Source: Vicinamibacterales bacterium
GTDB taxonomy: Bacteria > Acidobacteriota > Vicinamibacteria > Vicinamibacterales > SCN-69-37
Assembly (NCBI GenBank): GCA_046598935.1
Contig: JBKJHW010000071.1
Location: forward strand, 1 to 58,904
Reading direction: 5' to 3'
Length of the DNA: 58,904 nt
Position 1 is the stretch's first letter; each line of letters opens with the position of its first letter. This document shows, piece after piece, positions 56,883 to 58,904 of this stretch. The notes beneath the pieces were generated by a model, which had not been told where the DNA came from, did not search any database, and worked only from the letters and a program-made list of their open reading frames with translations. The translations under genes were made by a program, and so were the position numbers.

Positions 56883-58574
56883 TCATTTCTTCACCGCCAG
56901 GGTCTCGGGCTTCCACAACACCTGTGGATGCAACGCGGCCGGCGACGCGCCGGTCACGCGCGAGCTCATCGCGATGGTCAACTTCGGCGCAGCGAAGTAC
57001 ACCATCGGCTCGTGCGTGTTGAAAATCTCCTGGACTTTCCTGAAGGCCTGCACGCGCGTGTTCATGTCCGTCGACGTCGACACCTGCTGCATCAATCCGT
57101 CGATTTCTTTTTCCCAGGCCGTCGCCGGCGATGCCTGGCTCGGATTCCAGAAATGAAACGCGCCGGACGACAGCCAGAGATCCGCGTTGACCGTCGGGTC
57201 GATCGACGAGGATGGCGCGCTGAAGTAAATCGTGTCGTAGTTCGCCTCGCCGAACAGTTTGAGCAGCGCGCCCATGTCGAGGCTCACGATGTCGAGCGTC
57301 AGCCCGATCGCGCGAAGCTGCTCCTGCACATTCGCCATCGTGCGCTCGGTCGTCGTGTTGCCTTTGCGGATGATCACCGACAGACGCGCCGTCTTCCCGC
57401 CTTCGTCGTCGAGCACGCCGTCGCCGTTGCGATCTTTCAGCCCGATCGACTCGAGCAGCGTCTTCGCGCGCGCGGGATCGTGCGGAGTGTGCGCGATGTC
57501 GGGGGCGTACCATTGCGCGTGGCCGCGCGTGATTGGGTTGTAAATCGGCTCGGCCGCGCCGAGAAACGCCGTATCGACGACCTTCTGCCGATCGACGGCC
57601 ATCGAGATCGCATGCCGCAGCTCTTCGGCCTGTAGCCAAGCGCGGCCCTTGGCCGCCGGCGCGTTCGGCACCAGGTTGAACCACATCGGGGTCGCATCAA
57701 CAGCCACGCCGGCGTCAACCAGCTGGATCGTGCCGGCGGTTTGCGCTCGCTCGAGCGCGGCGACATCTTCCGGCCGGATGTGTTCAGTTACAAGATCTGT
57801 CGTGCCGGATTCGAGCCTCAGCATCTCGGCGTTCTGCTCGGGAACGTAGTCGATCCGGATCGAGTCGAGATACGGCAGCTGCGTCCCCGCCGCGTCCTTG
57901 CCCCAGTACCGCGGATTTTTATGCAGGGTCACGTGCTGCCCGGCCGCCCGCTCGCTGATGGTAAACGGCCCGAGCCCGGCAAAATCAGTGAGCGCCGACG
58001 TCGTGCCCCACGCCGCAGCAAAGGTGCCGGCATCGAGCGCCGCTTCGAGTTTGTGACGCGGCAGGATTGGGAGAGCATCAAGAATGGAGAGACCCGGGCC
58101 GTACGCTGCGGGAAACTTCAGCAGGATGGTCCGATCGTCGAGCGCGCGCACCGTAATCGGCTGATCGCCGATGCGCATGCCGCTCGCGATGGCGCTCGCG
58201 ACCTTCGGGTCGTACAGCGCGCGGAAGGTAAAGACGACGTCGGCGGCGGTGAAGGGGGTGCCGTCGGAAAACTGCGCGTCGCGCAACTTCATCGTGTACG
58301 AAAGCCCGTCGTCGGCGAGCGTCCATTCGGTGGCGAGGGCCGGTTCGATCGCGCCCGTAGGCCGGTTGACGCGAATCAGCGTGGCGTTGGTCATCCGCGA
58401 GATCAGCTCAGCGCCAATCTGCGGCACGGCGAGCCGGTTGAAGCTGGATGGCTCGGTGCGTTGCGTGATGACGAGCTGGCCGCCGGACCCGGCGCCAGGC
58501 GAGCCGACGCGCGCGAAACGATAGATGCCAAAAATTGCGACGATAACAACGGCTGCAATCAGGACTCTGCGCAT
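56883..58574 (-). CDS. ABC transporter substrate-binding protein, family 5 (peptide/nickel)
   Basis: 563 aa with an N-terminal anchor/signal and a typical SBP_bac_5 length and pattern. GGAGG lies 8 nt upstream of the ATG. Confidence 0.85.
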   Translation of the reverse strand: MRRVLIAAVVIVAIFGIYRFARVGSPGAGSGGQLVITQRTEPSSFNRLAVPQIGAELISRMTNATLIRVNRPTGAIEPALATEWTLADDGLSYTMKLRDAQFSDGTPFTAADVVFTFRALYDPKVASAIASGMRIGDQPITVRALDDRTILLKFPAAYGPGLSILDALPILPRHKLEAALDAGTFAAAWGTTSALTDFAGLGPFTISERAAGQHVTLHKNPRYWGKDAAGTQLPYLDSIRIDYVPEQNAEMLRLESGTTDLVTEHIRPEDVAALERAQTAGTIQLVDAGVAVDATPMWFNLVPNAPAAKGRAWLQAEELRHAISMAVDRQKVVDTAFLGAAEPIYNPITRGHAQWYAPDIAHTPHDPARAKTLLESIGLKDRNGDGVLDDEGGKTARLSVIIRKGNTTTERTMANVQEQLRAIGLTLDIVSLDMGALLKLFGEANYDTIYFSAPSSSIDPTVNADLWLSSGAFHFWNPSQASPATAWEKEIDGLMQQVSTSTDMNTRVQAFRKVQEIFNTHEPMVYFAAPKLTIAMSSRVTGASPAALHPQVLWKPETLAVKK

Positions 58575-58904
58575 GCTTTCTGGCCTCCGAAAAACGGTGT
58601 ATTATGGTCCGGTTCAGTCACTTAGGGGAATTCGTGTTTCGAACCCCCAAAACCCCCGGGTTGCAGATTTGAATGGCCAGTCACCATTTTGTAAGCACGG
58701 TAGAGCAGCAGGTTTTGGCGGTTTCAAGCGGTTCTGAGTTTTTCTGGGGTTTTTAGCTAAATTCCCCGCACGCTTGTCGACGGACTTCTGGGTACGGGCT
58801 GGTACAGTACATGCGTTAGTGCAGGTCGCTTGCGGTATCGGGGACAGCGTGTCCCGGTTGCCGAAGGCCGTAACAAACAGATGAGCACATTGAAAGTCCC
58901 TTCT

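Noticed and set aside
58625-58660. tmRNA/tRNA-like start GGGGAATTCGTGTTTCGAACCCCC (on the opposite strand GGGGGTTCGAAACACGAATTCCCC resembles a T-arm plus acceptor).
   Set aside because: The T-stem is not complementary (GGGGG ... CACGA). There is no CCA-proximal acceptor pairing, no D or anticodon arms, and no tag-peptide reading frame. It is more likely part of the simple-repeat structure.
58892-58899. GAAAGTCC at the extreme right edge, the hallmark of RNase P RNA (GAGGAAAGUCCGGGC).
   Set aside because: The context is TTGAAAGTCCCTTCT, lacking the GAGG prefix and the GGGC suffix. The upstream sequence does not form P1-P3-like helices. The window ends here, so it cannot be evaluated further.

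Overview
Visibly GC-rich, very densely packed bacterial chromosomal segment with about 57 protein genes. I saw no rRNA, tRNA, CRISPR array, transposase or prophage. Gene content is consistent with a didermic, sigma-54-using soil-type lineage, possibly Acidobacteria-like; that is inference only.

Most of the window is housekeeping:
- nrdJ (partial, at the left edge).
- A 16.6-kb minus-strand gene train: hslV, hslU, FN3 lipoprotein, FAH-family hydrolase, transaldolase, acyl-CoA carboxylase subunits with an embedded esterase, tamB, bamA, SurA-like chaperone.
- Two ECF sigma modules, an ABC-F ATPase, and an NtrB/NtrC-like two-component pair.
- The xerC, trmFO, topA, dprA cluster.
- The rplU, rpmA, obg, nadD, rsfS, comF cluster.
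- tmk, lysA, a VapBC toxin-antitoxin pair, lpxC, uvrA.
- A CoA-transferase, amino-acid permease, beta-propeller, HNH run.
- NlpC/P60, mtgA, and an aminotransferase, DapA-like, peptide-type ABC importer cluster.

I do not see a recognisable defence, secretion or biosynthetic system, and I cannot honestly claim a new multi-gene system.

The most unusual signals are at sequence level:
1. Short AT-richer modules built from four tandem 7-nt units (28 nt). They recur at gene junctions and in frame inside conserved genes (topA/trmFO junction, an ABC permease, xerC, uvrA, ABC-F).
2. A ~50-57-nt intergenic element shared upstream of rpmA and uvrA.
3. A shared two-arm hairpin module at two terminator positions.

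Gene-level oddities:
- A strong sigma-54 promoter match in front of a secreted Trp/Tyr/Gly-rich PEGA-domain protein.
- An ECF sigma, STAS, small acidic protein triplet with no recognisable anti-sigma.
- A perfect TGTGA-N6-TCACA palindrome in front of nrdJ.
- A 330-nt structured non-coding stretch at the right edge.

All coordinates were derived by hand. No similarity search or folding program was run.
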